Positions 16,765 through 24,166 are shown, counted from the first letter of the stretch. The stretch is 47,324 nt of DNA from Candidatus Nealsonbacteria bacterium (GCA_011050465.1 DRFQ01000001.1:180860-228183), one strand, 5' to 3'. The notes: generated by a model from the sequence alone, not told the origin. Numbers and translations: made by a program.

Positions 16765-16833
16765 TAAAAAACCGATGCGACAATAATAGGACCTTAACAA
16801 TTACTTATCATTCAGTAGAATAGGAGGAAGCTC

Positions 16834-17337
16834 GTGTTCTTTAGAAGGCCCAAGAGAAATAGAGTTCTTTTTTTGATAGATTTTGAAAATATCCTGAAGA
16901 ATCTTAAGCAGTTGCCTTCGCCAGAAGATCTTTCTTTTTTGGCGGGATTTGACCGGATTGTCAAAGAAATCGCCAGAGAAATAGGCGAAATTGTTGATGT
17001 CTTTATTTTTTTGCCGCCTCATCTGGCCAGCATCTATGGAGAGGACCTTTACCGGGCAGGCTTTTTCATTATAGTTTGTCCGAAAGTAAGAGACAAAGCA
17101 GGAGAACAAATAGACACAACGGACGAGACCTTGATCAGATTCGGTCAGAGAGCTATTGATGAGCTTAATATAACCCATCTATGCCTGGGGAGCGGAGACA
17201 AAGACTTTGGCCCTTTGGTTCGACGAGCCACCCGAAAAGGACTGAAAATCATTATTGCGACTGCTTCACAGCAATCATTAGCAACAGAACTGATCACGTT
17301 GGCCGACAGGATTTTCTTTTATTCACCCACTGAATAG
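16834..17337 (+). CDS. NYN-domain (LabA/DUF88-like) predicted RNase, second copy in the window
   Basis: GTG start 6 nt after AGGAGG. Motifs LFLIDFENI, DTTDETL, LGSGDKDFGPLVRRATRKGLKIIIA. Confidence 0.75.
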   Translation: MFFRRPKRNRVLFLIDFENILKNLKQLPSPEDLSFLAGFDRIVKEIAREIGEIVDVFIFLPPHLASIYGEDLYRAGFFIIVCPKVRDKAGEQIDTTDETLIRFGQRAIDELNITHLCLGSGDKDFGPLVRRATRKGLKIIIATASQQSLATELITLADRIFFYSPTE

Positions 17338-17364
17338 TGGGTATTTATAAATGCGTAGCAAGTA

Positions 17365-17397
17365 GGCAGCGAGAGCAATCTCGCTGCCCTTTTATTT
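17365..17397 (+). terminator. Intrinsic terminator after the NYN gene
   Basis: GGCAGCGAGA-gcaa-TCTCGCTGCC followed by CTTTTATTT. Confidence 0.8.
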
Positions 17398-17409
17398 ATA
17401 AAATTGCTC

Positions 17410-17437
17410 TTGACAAATTTCCTTATTTTGTTATAAT
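17410..17437 (+). promoter_or_regulatory. Near-consensus promoter TTGACA-16-(TGT)TATAAT for the G+C-rich orphan gene
   Basis: TTGACA at 17410-17415 and an extended -10 TGTTATAAT ending at 17437. Confidence 0.65.
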
Positions 17438-17516
17438 TATAATATTGTTCTTTTGCAATTCGCTGCGGGATTTACCATGTTTGTTTCATTTCTGTAAGGA
17501 AGAAAGGGAAAGTCAG

Positions 17517-18923
17517 ATGGCAAGACAAAAGGGTATTCGTCTCCATGAGCTAGACCCAGATCAGTTCGGCCCGGAAGAAGATCTCCCGGACAACTCCCGG
17601 CACGGTTCCAACGATGACTCCGTAGTCGAGGAGGAGGCGGGGTTGGTTCCCTCTCCTAAGCTGCCGGACGTCAGCAGCACCTTGCTCGCTGACGAGACGG
17701 TGGCCGACAAAGTCCGGGAGGGGGCCGAGAAGGTTAGAACCTGGGTAAAGGCCACTTTGGCCGCGTTGAGCCAGGTCGCCCGGGGTTCGCGGGAACTCCA
17801 GGAGATCAGAGCGCCAGCGGTGGCTGAGGCTGAGAGGAAGCTTAATCGTTTCCTCAAAGAGGAAGAAATGCCGGCTTACAGGCGGGCAGCCTGGCTCGGT
17901 CTCTTCGATTTTGAGTTCTCTCAAGAGCTCAAAAACCGGGAAGAGGTGAAGGGTCTTCTCTCTCGTTTGGTCGCAGAGGGTCGTCTCGTTGAGACGACCG
18001 ATGGCCCCATCAAGGGCTATAAGGATAAGGCCGATGAGCCAGAGCCGGCCTACGCCTTTTCCGACGAGGCCCAGTTCGGAGATCCAGAAATGTGGGAGGT
18101 TTCGAGCCTCTACCGGCAATGCCGGCAGAGGGCTTGGGAGGCCACAGGGAAGGCCCGGACCGACGAGGCCCGAGAGCTTATGAAGCAGAGCGAGCTCTCG
18201 GTGGAGGAGTTTCTCGAAGGCAAGCCCGGCATCTTCACGATCGGCATCCCGCCAGAGCCGATCGTGAACCTTACGACAGACAGTATTATAGCCTGGCGAG
18301 GTGGCGGCACTCTCCAGGTCAAGAGCGACGGCCAGAAGATTTTTCCTTTGGCCGCCACCGGTAATATCCAGGCGTCTGTTCAGGAGGCCAAGGAACTCAA
18401 GGTTCATCTCTTCAGGGATTTCCTGAGTTGGGAGACCCCTCCTTTCATCAAGGAGCTTCCCATAGAGATGGCCAAGAAGATTCAGCTTCTCTGGCACCTT
18501 TTGCAGCGCGGACTCCGTGCCGCGGAGGAGACACGGCAGCTTCAGGCCGTTAAGGATGAGATGGCCATCCTGGTAACCGTCACTCCCTCAGAGTTTTTCC
18601 TGGAGGACAAACCAGGCATCTGTCTGGCGGAGTACCGAGGGATCTGGGAGGAGCTGGTTCCAGACGAGGAGAAGGTTAACCGGCGTCCCAATCTGTTCTT
18701 CTCTGTAGAGAGGTTCAGTCAGGAGGGAGAAGAAGGTGACCAGATGTTCATTCGTCTGGTTCAGGTTCCTGATCACCTCGGAGACTTTTTTGAGGCTTGT
18801 TCTGGCGAGTATCCCGAGGGCGAGCAGTTCGGGGGTTGTCCGCAGCCTTTGCGGGCAGTTCTCCGGGCCATCTACGGGCAGACCATGAAGGCTGCCCAGC
18901 TCAACGGCAAAACCAACGGCTAG
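17517..18923 (+). CDS. G+C-rich orphan protein (468 aa) of unknown function, compositionally foreign
   Basis: ATG preceded by GGAAGAAAGGGAAAG. 468 uninterrupted codons at about 62% G+C (hand counts). Codon choice is GAG/AAG/CTC/GCC, unlike the neighbours. Has its own promoter and terminator. Confidence 0.8.
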   Translation: MARQKGIRLHELDPDQFGPEEDLPDNSRHGSNDDSVVEEEAGLVPSPKLPDVSSTLLADETVADKVREGAEKVRTWVKATLAALSQVARGSRELQEIRAPAVAEAERKLNRFLKEEEMPAYRRAAWLGLFDFEFSQELKNREEVKGLLSRLVAEGRLVETTDGPIKGYKDKADEPEPAYAFSDEAQFGDPEMWEVSSLYRQCRQRAWEATGKARTDEARELMKQSELSVEEFLEGKPGIFTIGIPPEPIVNLTTDSIIAWRGGGTLQVKSDGQKIFPLAATGNIQASVQEAKELKVHLFRDFLSWETPPFIKELPIEMAKKIQLLWHLLQRGLRAAEETRQLQAVKDEMAILVTVTPSEFFLEDKPGICLAEYRGIWEELVPDEEKVNRRPNLFFSVERFSQEGEEGDQMFIRLVQVPDHLGDFFEACSGEYPEGEQFGGCPQPLRAVLRAIYGQTMKAAQLNGKTNG

Positions 18924-18955
18924 TAGCTAACCATTGCAGACCCGCAGCGAAAAAG

Positions 18956-18996
18956 GCCCTGGCGTGGCACTCATCCATGCCAGGGCTCTTTATTTT
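18956..18996 (+). terminator. Intrinsic terminator after the orphan gene
   Basis: GCCCTGGC-(15 nt)-GCCAGGGC followed by TCTTTATTTT. Confidence 0.7.
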
Positions 18997-19082
18997 CCCC
19001 CACACCATAACGAGTTTCCATCAAGCCTTTAAAAGCTTGATGGCGAGCGGATTCGTTTCACGAATTTGCATATCCTCGTTTG
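18997..19082. mobile_element. MITE-like element with 18-bp terminal inverted repeats (copy 1, 86 bp)
   Basis: CCCCCACACCATAACGAG ... CTCGTTTGGTGTGGGGG. The same termini bound a 145-bp element at 22783-22927. Confidence 0.6.
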
Positions 19083-19168
19083 GTGTGGGGGTTTTCCTTG
19101 TCCCGGACCAGAAACTTCGTTTCGGTACGGGACTGTGCCCCGCAGCATGTTTTATTCTGATGCGGGGC

Positions 19169-19197
19169 TTGAAATTCGCTTTAATTTTTGCTATACT
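19169..19197 (+). promoter_or_regulatory. Promoter TTGAAA-17-TATACT placed for a leaderless ftsH mRNA
   Basis: The -10 ends 6 nt before the ATG at 19204. No Shine-Dalgarno sequence. Confidence 0.5.
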
Positions 19198-19203
19198 CGA
19201 GTT

Positions 19204-21123
19204 ATGAGAAATCACGGTGCAATTCAAAAGAACGCTATGAGAAAACTATTTCAAAATTTTCTTTGGATTATTCTTATTTTTGTGTTTATCTCAGCAGTTT
19301 TTACTTTATTTGTCCAACCCTTTGAAAAAAAAGAAGAAGTTTCTTTAAGCCAGTTGATCGAAGACATTAATCAGGAAAAGATTAAAAAAATTACAGTTAT
19401 TGGCAATAATGTTTCGATTTTATACAAAGATGGCGACTTAAAAGCTGAAACCAAAAAGGAGATAGAATCAGATTTATCCGGTACTTTAATCAACTTAGGA
19501 GTGAATCAGGAAAAGTTAGCTAAAGTTGAGATAGAGATAAAAGAGGATAGGGGAATTTTGTTCTGGCTGGGGCCTATCTCAATATTCTTATTCCCTCTTT
19601 TGTTATTTTTATTCTTTTTCTGGTTTATTTTCCGCCAGGCCAAAACAGGAGCAATGCAGGCTTTTGATTTCACCAAGGCTAAGGCCAGATTATTTGGAGC
19701 TGAAGGCCAGTCCAAAGAAAAAGTCACCTTCAAAGACGTGGCTGGCCTTCAGGAAGCCAAAGAAGAGCTGATAGAAATTGTTGATTTTTTAAAGCATCCC
19801 CAAAAATTTTTAAAGATGGGAGCAAAAATCCCCAGAGGGGTTTTGTTAATGGGGCCGCCGGGATCAGGAAAAACTTTACTTGCCAGGGCAGTGGCTTCTG
19901 AAGCCGGTGTTCCTTTCTTTTCGATCGCAGGATCAGAATTAGTTGAGCTTTTTGTCGGAGTGGGAGCAGCCAGAACAAGAGATCTTTTTGCTATGGCGAA
20001 AAAACGCCAGCCGAGTATTATTTTTATAGATGAATTAGATGCCATTGGCCGAGTTAGAGGGTCAGGAATCGGCGGAGGGCATGATGAAAGAGAACAGACT
20101 TTAAATCAAATTTTAGTAGAAATGGATGGATTCGAGAGAGAAAGTACGGTTTTAATCTTTGCAGCAACCAATCGCCCTGACGTCCTCGACCCTGCTCTCT
20201 TAAGGCCGGGCCGTTTTGATCGCAGAATAATTTTAGACCTACCGGACATTAATGACAGAGAAGAAATTTTAAAAATTCATTGTCGGGGGAAACCATTGGT
20301 TCCAGGCGTCAATTTAAGAGAAATTGCAGAACGCACTCCTGGCTTTTCAGGAGCCGACCTGGCTAATTTAGTTAATGAAGCTACTATTTTAGCTGCCAGG
20401 AGAGACAAGAACCAGGTCTATCAGCAAGAATTTTTAGAATCAATTGAAAAAGTGCTTTTAGGACCAGAAAGGAAAAGCCACGTTTTATCTAAAAAAGAAA
20501 AAAAAATCGCTGCTTATCACGAGATTGGCCATGCCTTAGTGTCAATTTCTCTGTCAGGGACAGATCCTATCAGAAAAATTTCAATTATAGCCAGAGGGAT
20601 AGCTGCAGGCTACATTTTAAAAATGCCAAAAGAAGAAAGGAGGATGAAGACTAAATCTGAATTTTTGGCCGATTTAGCATCTTTACTTGGAGGTTATTGC
20701 GCAGAGCAAGTAAAATTTAAAGAAATTACTACCGGCGCCAGCAATGACTTGGAAATGGCCTCTATGTTGGCCAGGAAATTAGTTAAAGAGTATGGGATGT
20801 CATCTTTTGGCCCTATTTCTTTCGGAGAAAAAGAGGAATTAATATTTTTGGGGAGAGAATTGGGCGAGCAGAGAAATTATTCTGAGGAAGTAGCGGCTAA
20901 GATTGATAAAGAAGTGGCAAAATTCCTTGAAGACGCTCAAAAAACAGCCAAAAAAATCCTGACCAGAAAGAGAAAATTATTAGATAGGCTCGCCGAGGCT
21001 TTGATTGAGAAGGAAACTATCGAAAAAGAAGAATTCGAACAATTAATCAAAGAAGGAGAAAAAAGAAGTAAAAAAGAGAAGAAGATTACAATTCCTCGTT
21101 TAAAAATAAAAGAAGTGAAATAG
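19204..21123 (+). CDS. ftsH: ATP-dependent zinc metalloprotease FtsH
   Basis: Two TM helices, Walker [12 protein letters not shown], and the HEIGH zinc motif. Start is 19204 or 19237; the longer track ORF crosses the MITE and the promoter. Confidence 0.92.
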   Translation: MRNHGAIQKNAMRKLFQNFLWIILIFVFISAVFTLFVQPFEKKEEVSLSQLIEDINQEKIKKITVIGNNVSILYKDGDLKAETKKEIESDLSGTLINLGVNQEKLAKVEIEIKEDRGILFWLGPISIFLFPLLLFLFFFWFIFRQAKTGAMQAFDFTKAKARLFGAEGQSKEKVTFKDVAGLQEAKEELIEIVDFLKHPQKFLKMGAKIPRGVLLMGPPGSGKTLLARAVASEAGVPFFSIAGSELVELFVGVGAARTRDLFAMAKKRQPSIIFIDELDAIGRVRGSGIGGGHDEREQTLNQILVEMDGFERESTVLIFAATNRPDVLDPALLRPGRFDRRIILDLPDINDREEILKIHCRGKPLVPGVNLREIAERTPGFSGADLANLVNEATILAARRDKNQVYQQEFLESIEKVLLGPERKSHVLSKKEKKIAAYHEIGHALVSISLSGTDPIRKISIIARGIAAGYILKMPKEERRMKTKSEFLADLASLLGGYCAEQVKFKEITTGASNDLEMASMLARKLVKEYGMSSFGPISFGEKEELIFLGRELGEQRNYSEEVAAKIDKEVAKFLEDAQKTAKKILTRKRKLLDRLAEALIEKETIEKEEFEQLIKEGEKRSKKEKKITIPRLKIKEVK

Positions 21124-21133
21124 ATAAAATTAA

Positions 21134-21208
21134 GCGCGTGTAGCTCAACTGGTTAGAGCTCCGAGCTTATACCTCGGCGGTTTCCAGGTTCGAGTCCTGG
21201 CACGCGCA
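21134..21208 (+). tRNA. tRNA-Ile (anticodon TAT)
   Basis: GCGCGTG/CACGCGC acceptor, anticodon stem CCGAG/CTCGG, loop CTTATAC. The variable region is 6 nt. Confidence 0.8.
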
Positions 21209-21330
21209 TGTTTTAGTATGGGGTTCGAGCCAGAGCACTGAAGTATTTTAGTGCTTCGGTGTCCTGGTCCACCCACGCGCACAACGGAAATAAGAAGTTT
21301 CCTTGGTGTTTATGTTGAGCGCAATGAGGA

Positions 21331-21404
21331 GGGCGTATAGCTCAACTGGTTAGAGCGTCTCGGTGACATCGAGAAGGTTTCCCGTTCGAGTCGGGATACG
21401 CCCA
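21331..21404 (+). tRNA. tRNA-Val (anticodon GAC)
   Basis: GGGCGTA/TACGCCC acceptor, anticodon loop GTGACAT, T-loop TTCGAGT. Confidence 0.9.
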
Positions 21405-21465
21405 CATTATTTCTTGGTTCTCTGGGATATCAGAGAATTTATTTCCGATCTATCAACGGTTAAAG

Positions 21466-22194
21466 ATGGAAAAAAGGAAGAAACTAAATATTATTTTTGA
21501 AGACAAGAATATTTTAGTGGTTGAAAAACCGCCCGGTCAGATAATAATTCCAGATGAGACTCATCGGCTCGGTACTCTTTTGGAAGATCTTTTGAATCTT
21601 TTTCCCGAACTTGAAAAAGTAAATGAAAGGGCCGGTATTTTACATCGTTTAGATAAAGATACTTCGGGCTTGATCTTGGTTGCGAGAAATAAAAAGAGCT
21701 TCGAATTTTTAAAAAAATCTTTCAAAGAGAGAAAAATTAAGAAAAAATATCTTGCCTTAGTTGTTGGAAAAATTAAAAATAATCAGGGAATAATCGAAAC
21801 TTTAATTGCAAGAGACCCAAAAGACAGAAAAAGGCAAAGAGCATTTTTAATGCACGAACCACAATCTAAAAGAAAAGGAATGAGAAGAGCAATTACTGAA
21901 TATAGAGTATTAAAAATCTTATCTGACGAGGCAAACAATTATACTTTAGTTGAGGTTTTCCCTGAAACCGGCAGAAAACATCAAATTCGAGTACATTTTG
22001 CTCATCTGGGCCATCCGGTTGCTGGTGATAAAATTTATGGATTCAAAAGACAACCAACTCCCCGGGGGCTCACTCGTCAATTTTTACACGCCAGTGACCT
22101 AAAAGTTAAATTACCCAGTGGTCAGATGAAAGAGTTTCATTTACCTTTAACCGAAGATTTAGAAAAAGTACTAGATAAGTTGAGCAATGCTTAA
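21466..22194 (+). CDS. RluA-family pseudouridine synthase (no S4 domain)
   Basis: HRLDKDTSGLILVA catalytic motif and KKYLALVVG. Confidence 0.85.
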   Translation: MEKRKKLNIIFEDKNILVVEKPPGQIIIPDETHRLGTLLEDLLNLFPELEKVNERAGILHRLDKDTSGLILVARNKKSFEFLKKSFKERKIKKKYLALVVGKIKNNQGIIETLIARDPKDRKRQRAFLMHEPQSKRKGMRRAITEYRVLKILSDEANNYTLVEVFPETGRKHQIRVHFAHLGHPVAGDKIYGFKRQPTPRGLTRQFLHASDLKVKLPSGQMKEFHLPLTEDLEKVLDKLSNA

Positions 22195-22234
22195 TTGGCT
22201 TGCCAAAATATAAAGTAATGATTAGAATTAAAAC

Positions 22235-22687
22235 ATGGAAAAATTAAAAACTGTTTTACAATCTTTTCTTAAGAAGAATTTACCAGATATTAGGCCGGGC
22301 GATACAGTTGCAGTTTATCAAAAGATAAAAGAAAAAGACCAAGAAAGAGTTCAAACTTTTGAAGGTTTGGTTTTGGCTAGAAAGCATGGAAAAGAAGCAG
22401 GGGCAACAATTACTGTTAGAAAAGTTGTTTCTGGTATTGGCGTAGAAAAAATTTTTCCCATTCATTCCCCCGCGATTGAAAAAATAGAGATTTTAAAAAG
22501 AGGAAAAGTTAGAAGGGCTAAGCTTTATTATTTGAGAGAAGCCAAAGGAAAGAAGGCAAGATTAAAGACGAAAGAGTTTACTGAAGTGATGCCGGAGGAA
22601 GAGCCATCTGAAGGGGTAAACGAAGAGAAAACAGCTGACAATAATCCCGGAGCAGAATCTAAAGCCGGACTCAAAAAAGAAGAATAA
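22235..22687 (+). CDS. rplS: 50S ribosomal protein L19 with an acidic C-terminal extension
   Basis: PDIRPGDTVAVYQKIKE....QTFEGLVLARKH....TITVRK; about 35 extra C-terminal residues. Confidence 0.9.
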   Translation: MEKLKTVLQSFLKKNLPDIRPGDTVAVYQKIKEKDQERVQTFEGLVLARKHGKEAGATITVRKVVSGIGVEKIFPIHSPAIEKIEILKRGKVRRAKLYYLREAKGKKARLKTKEFTEVMPEEEPSEGVNEEKTADNNPGAESKAGLKKEE

Positions 22688-22771
22688 GCCCAGGTGCTGG
22701 AACTGGTAGACAGGCTAGCTTGAGGTGCTAGTGAGCATTAGCTCGTGGGAGTTCAAATCTCCCCCTGGGCA
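22688..22771 (+). tRNA. tRNA-Leu (anticodon GAG), type II
   Basis: Starts immediately after the rplS stop codon. GCCCAGG/CCTGGGC acceptor, loop TTGAGGT, long variable arm. Confidence 0.88.
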
Positions 22772-22782
22772 CGAAATATGAA

Positions 22783-22927
22783 CCCCCACACCATAACGAG
22801 CTTTGTGCTTCGCACAGTGAATTATAGTATTGGGGATGAATTCAACAGAATAAATTAAACAACAGCGAGTAAAACTTTTAGGATGATGTTATTTTATCTT
22901 AAAATATAAGCTCGTTTGGTGTGGGGG
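22783..22927. mobile_element. MITE-like element with 18-bp terminal inverted repeats (copy 2, 145 bp)
   Basis: CCCCCACACCATAACGAG ... CTCGTTTGGTGTGGGGG. The internal sequence is unrelated to copy 1. Confidence 0.6.
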
Positions 22928-23343
22928 TGAAATTAGTCTCAGCTTGTCTTATTGGTGTAAATTGCCGATACGATGGGAAATCAAAACTTGATCGAAAATG
23001 TCTCAAGCTTTTTAAAAAAAGAGAGTTAATGCCAGTTTGCCCTGAACAACTCGGGGGACTATCTATTCCCAGAGAGCCGGCTGAAATTAAAAAATCGGGT
23101 AAAGTTTTAACAAAAAACGGAAAAGATGTAACCAAAAATTTTAATAAAGGAGCTAAAGAGGTTTTAAAAATTACCAAAAACTTAAAAATAAGAGAGGCAA
23201 TCCTGAAATCCAAAAGTCCTTCTTGCGGCTTAGGATTGGTATATGATGGGTCTTTTTCTGGGAAATTAATAAAAGGAAATGGAATAACAACAACTTTGTT
23301 GAGAAAGAATAAAATTAAGGTTATAACAGAAAAAGAATTATAA
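22921..23343 (+). CDS. DUF523-family protein (alternative GTG start at 22927)
   Basis: KLVSACLIGVNCRYDGKSK... is typical of DUF523. The start overlaps the right TIR of the element. Confidence 0.75.
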   Translation: MGVKLVSACLIGVNCRYDGKSKLDRKCLKLFKKRELMPVCPEQLGGLSIPREPAEIKKSGKVLTKNGKDVTKNFNKGAKEVLKITKNLKIREAILKSKSPSCGLGLVYDGSFSGKLIKGNGITTTLLRKNKIKVITEKEL

Positions 23344-23526
23344 TAAGGGCGTGCCCCGTTAGAAGTTGTGTGAAATTTGACTATTACTAAAGTTTTTTCG
23401 AAACTATTTTTCTATGGAAATTTCCTTAATTACCAGAACTTCTAACGGGGCGTGTAGCTCAACTGGTCTACCCGCCAAAATTTTGCGGAGCAAGACTTAG
23501 GCGGATTAAGAGCGCCCCGCCCTTTT

Positions 23527-23599
23527 GGGCAGCTAGCTCAATGGTTAGAGCGTTTGGTTTACATCCAAGAGGTTAGAGGTTCGAGTCCTCTGCTGCCCA
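23527..23599 (+). tRNA. tRNA-Val (anticodon TAC)
   Basis: GGGCAGC/GCTGCCC acceptor, loop TTTACAT, T-loop TTCGAGT. Confidence 0.9.
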
Positions 23600-23689
23600 T
23601 AAAAATAAAAGGGGCGGGAAGGTTTCGGGCCTGTCCCGTAGTCAACCGAAGGTTGTACTTCGGTGCTCTGATCCTGACACGTCCACCAG

Positions 23690-23762
23690 GCCGCGGTAGC
23701 TCATTGGTAGTAGCACTTCTCTGAAAAAGAAGGGGTAGTGGGTTCGATTCCCACCCGCGGCA
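23690..23762 (+). tRNA. tRNA-Phe (anticodon GAA)
   Basis: GCCGCGG/CCGCGGC acceptor, loop CTGAAAA, T-loop TTCGATT. Confidence 0.9.
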
Positions 23763-23808
23763 CCTCGTCGCTTCGCTCCTCGGTGTAAACTTTTACAAAA
23801 CTAAAAAT

Positions 23809-24066
23809 ATGGGCTGTTTTGTATATTGAATTCATTGCAAAGATGACTCTTTATATACAAAAATTACCTGGAGCTTAAAAAAACGAATTAATGAACACAA
23901 TTCAGAAAAAAAAGGCTTTACAAAGAATAAATTTCCAATAAGGTTGGTTTATTGGGAGAAATTTAAACCAAGAATAGAAGCAGCCCAGAGAGAAAAAGAA
24001 ATAAAAGAATGGCGGAGAGAAAAGAAAGAGAGACTAATCTTTCACTTCTTTCAAGGCAAATTCTAG
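23809..24066 (+). pseudogene. GIY-YIG (UPF0213-like) nuclease gene interrupted by an in-frame TGA at codon 7
   Basis: MGCFVY*IHCKDDSLYTKITWSLKKRINEHNSEKKGFTKNKFPIRLVYWEKFKPRIEAAQREKEIKEWRREKKERLI. TGA at 23827-23829. The YTG motif reads YTK. Confidence 0.65.
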
Positions 24067-24094
24067 TTTATACTGAGAAGATTATCTGCGAAGT

Positions 24095-24166
24095 GCGGGT
24101 GTCGTATAGTGGCCATTACACTGCCTTGCCAAGGCAGCGAGGTGGGTTCGACTCCCATCACCCGCT
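24095..24166 (+). tRNA. tRNA-Gly (anticodon GCC)
   Basis: GCGGGTG/CACCCGC acceptor, loop TTGCCAA, T-loop TTCGACT. Confidence 0.9.

Noticed and set aside
17550-18497. 315-aa antisense ORF, plus other 60-136-aa ORFs (17561-17857, 17989-18183, 18092-18364, 18110-18358, 18588-18776, 18797-19207) inside or across the G+C-rich gene
   Set aside because: Long stop-free frames on both strands are expected in a GC3-rich coding region. Only the 17517-18923 frame has an RBS-like purine tract, promoter and terminator in the right places. The others lack start context, and one crosses the terminator and the MITE.
18997-22927. Composite transposon formed by the two TIR elements
   Set aside because: The intervening DNA is core housekeeping (ftsH, tRNAs, rluA-family, rplS) with host composition. 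The two elements have complete TIR pairs of their own.
23611-23688. tmRNA-like ends (GGGGCGGGAAGGTTTCGGG ... GTCCACCA) in the tRNA-Val / tRNA-Phe spacer
   Set aside because: The 5' and 3' ends cannot pair into an acceptor stem. There is no T-arm and no tag reading frame, and it is only about 78 nt long. It folds as three independent hairpins.
23827-23829. Genome-wide UGA reassignment (code 25-like, as in some CPR lineages)
   Set aside because: TGA terminates several well-supported genes at their expected ends (pilB at 41351, the transferase at 4358, and the genes ending at 32727 and 33632). No other conserved gene in the window contains an in-frame TGA.
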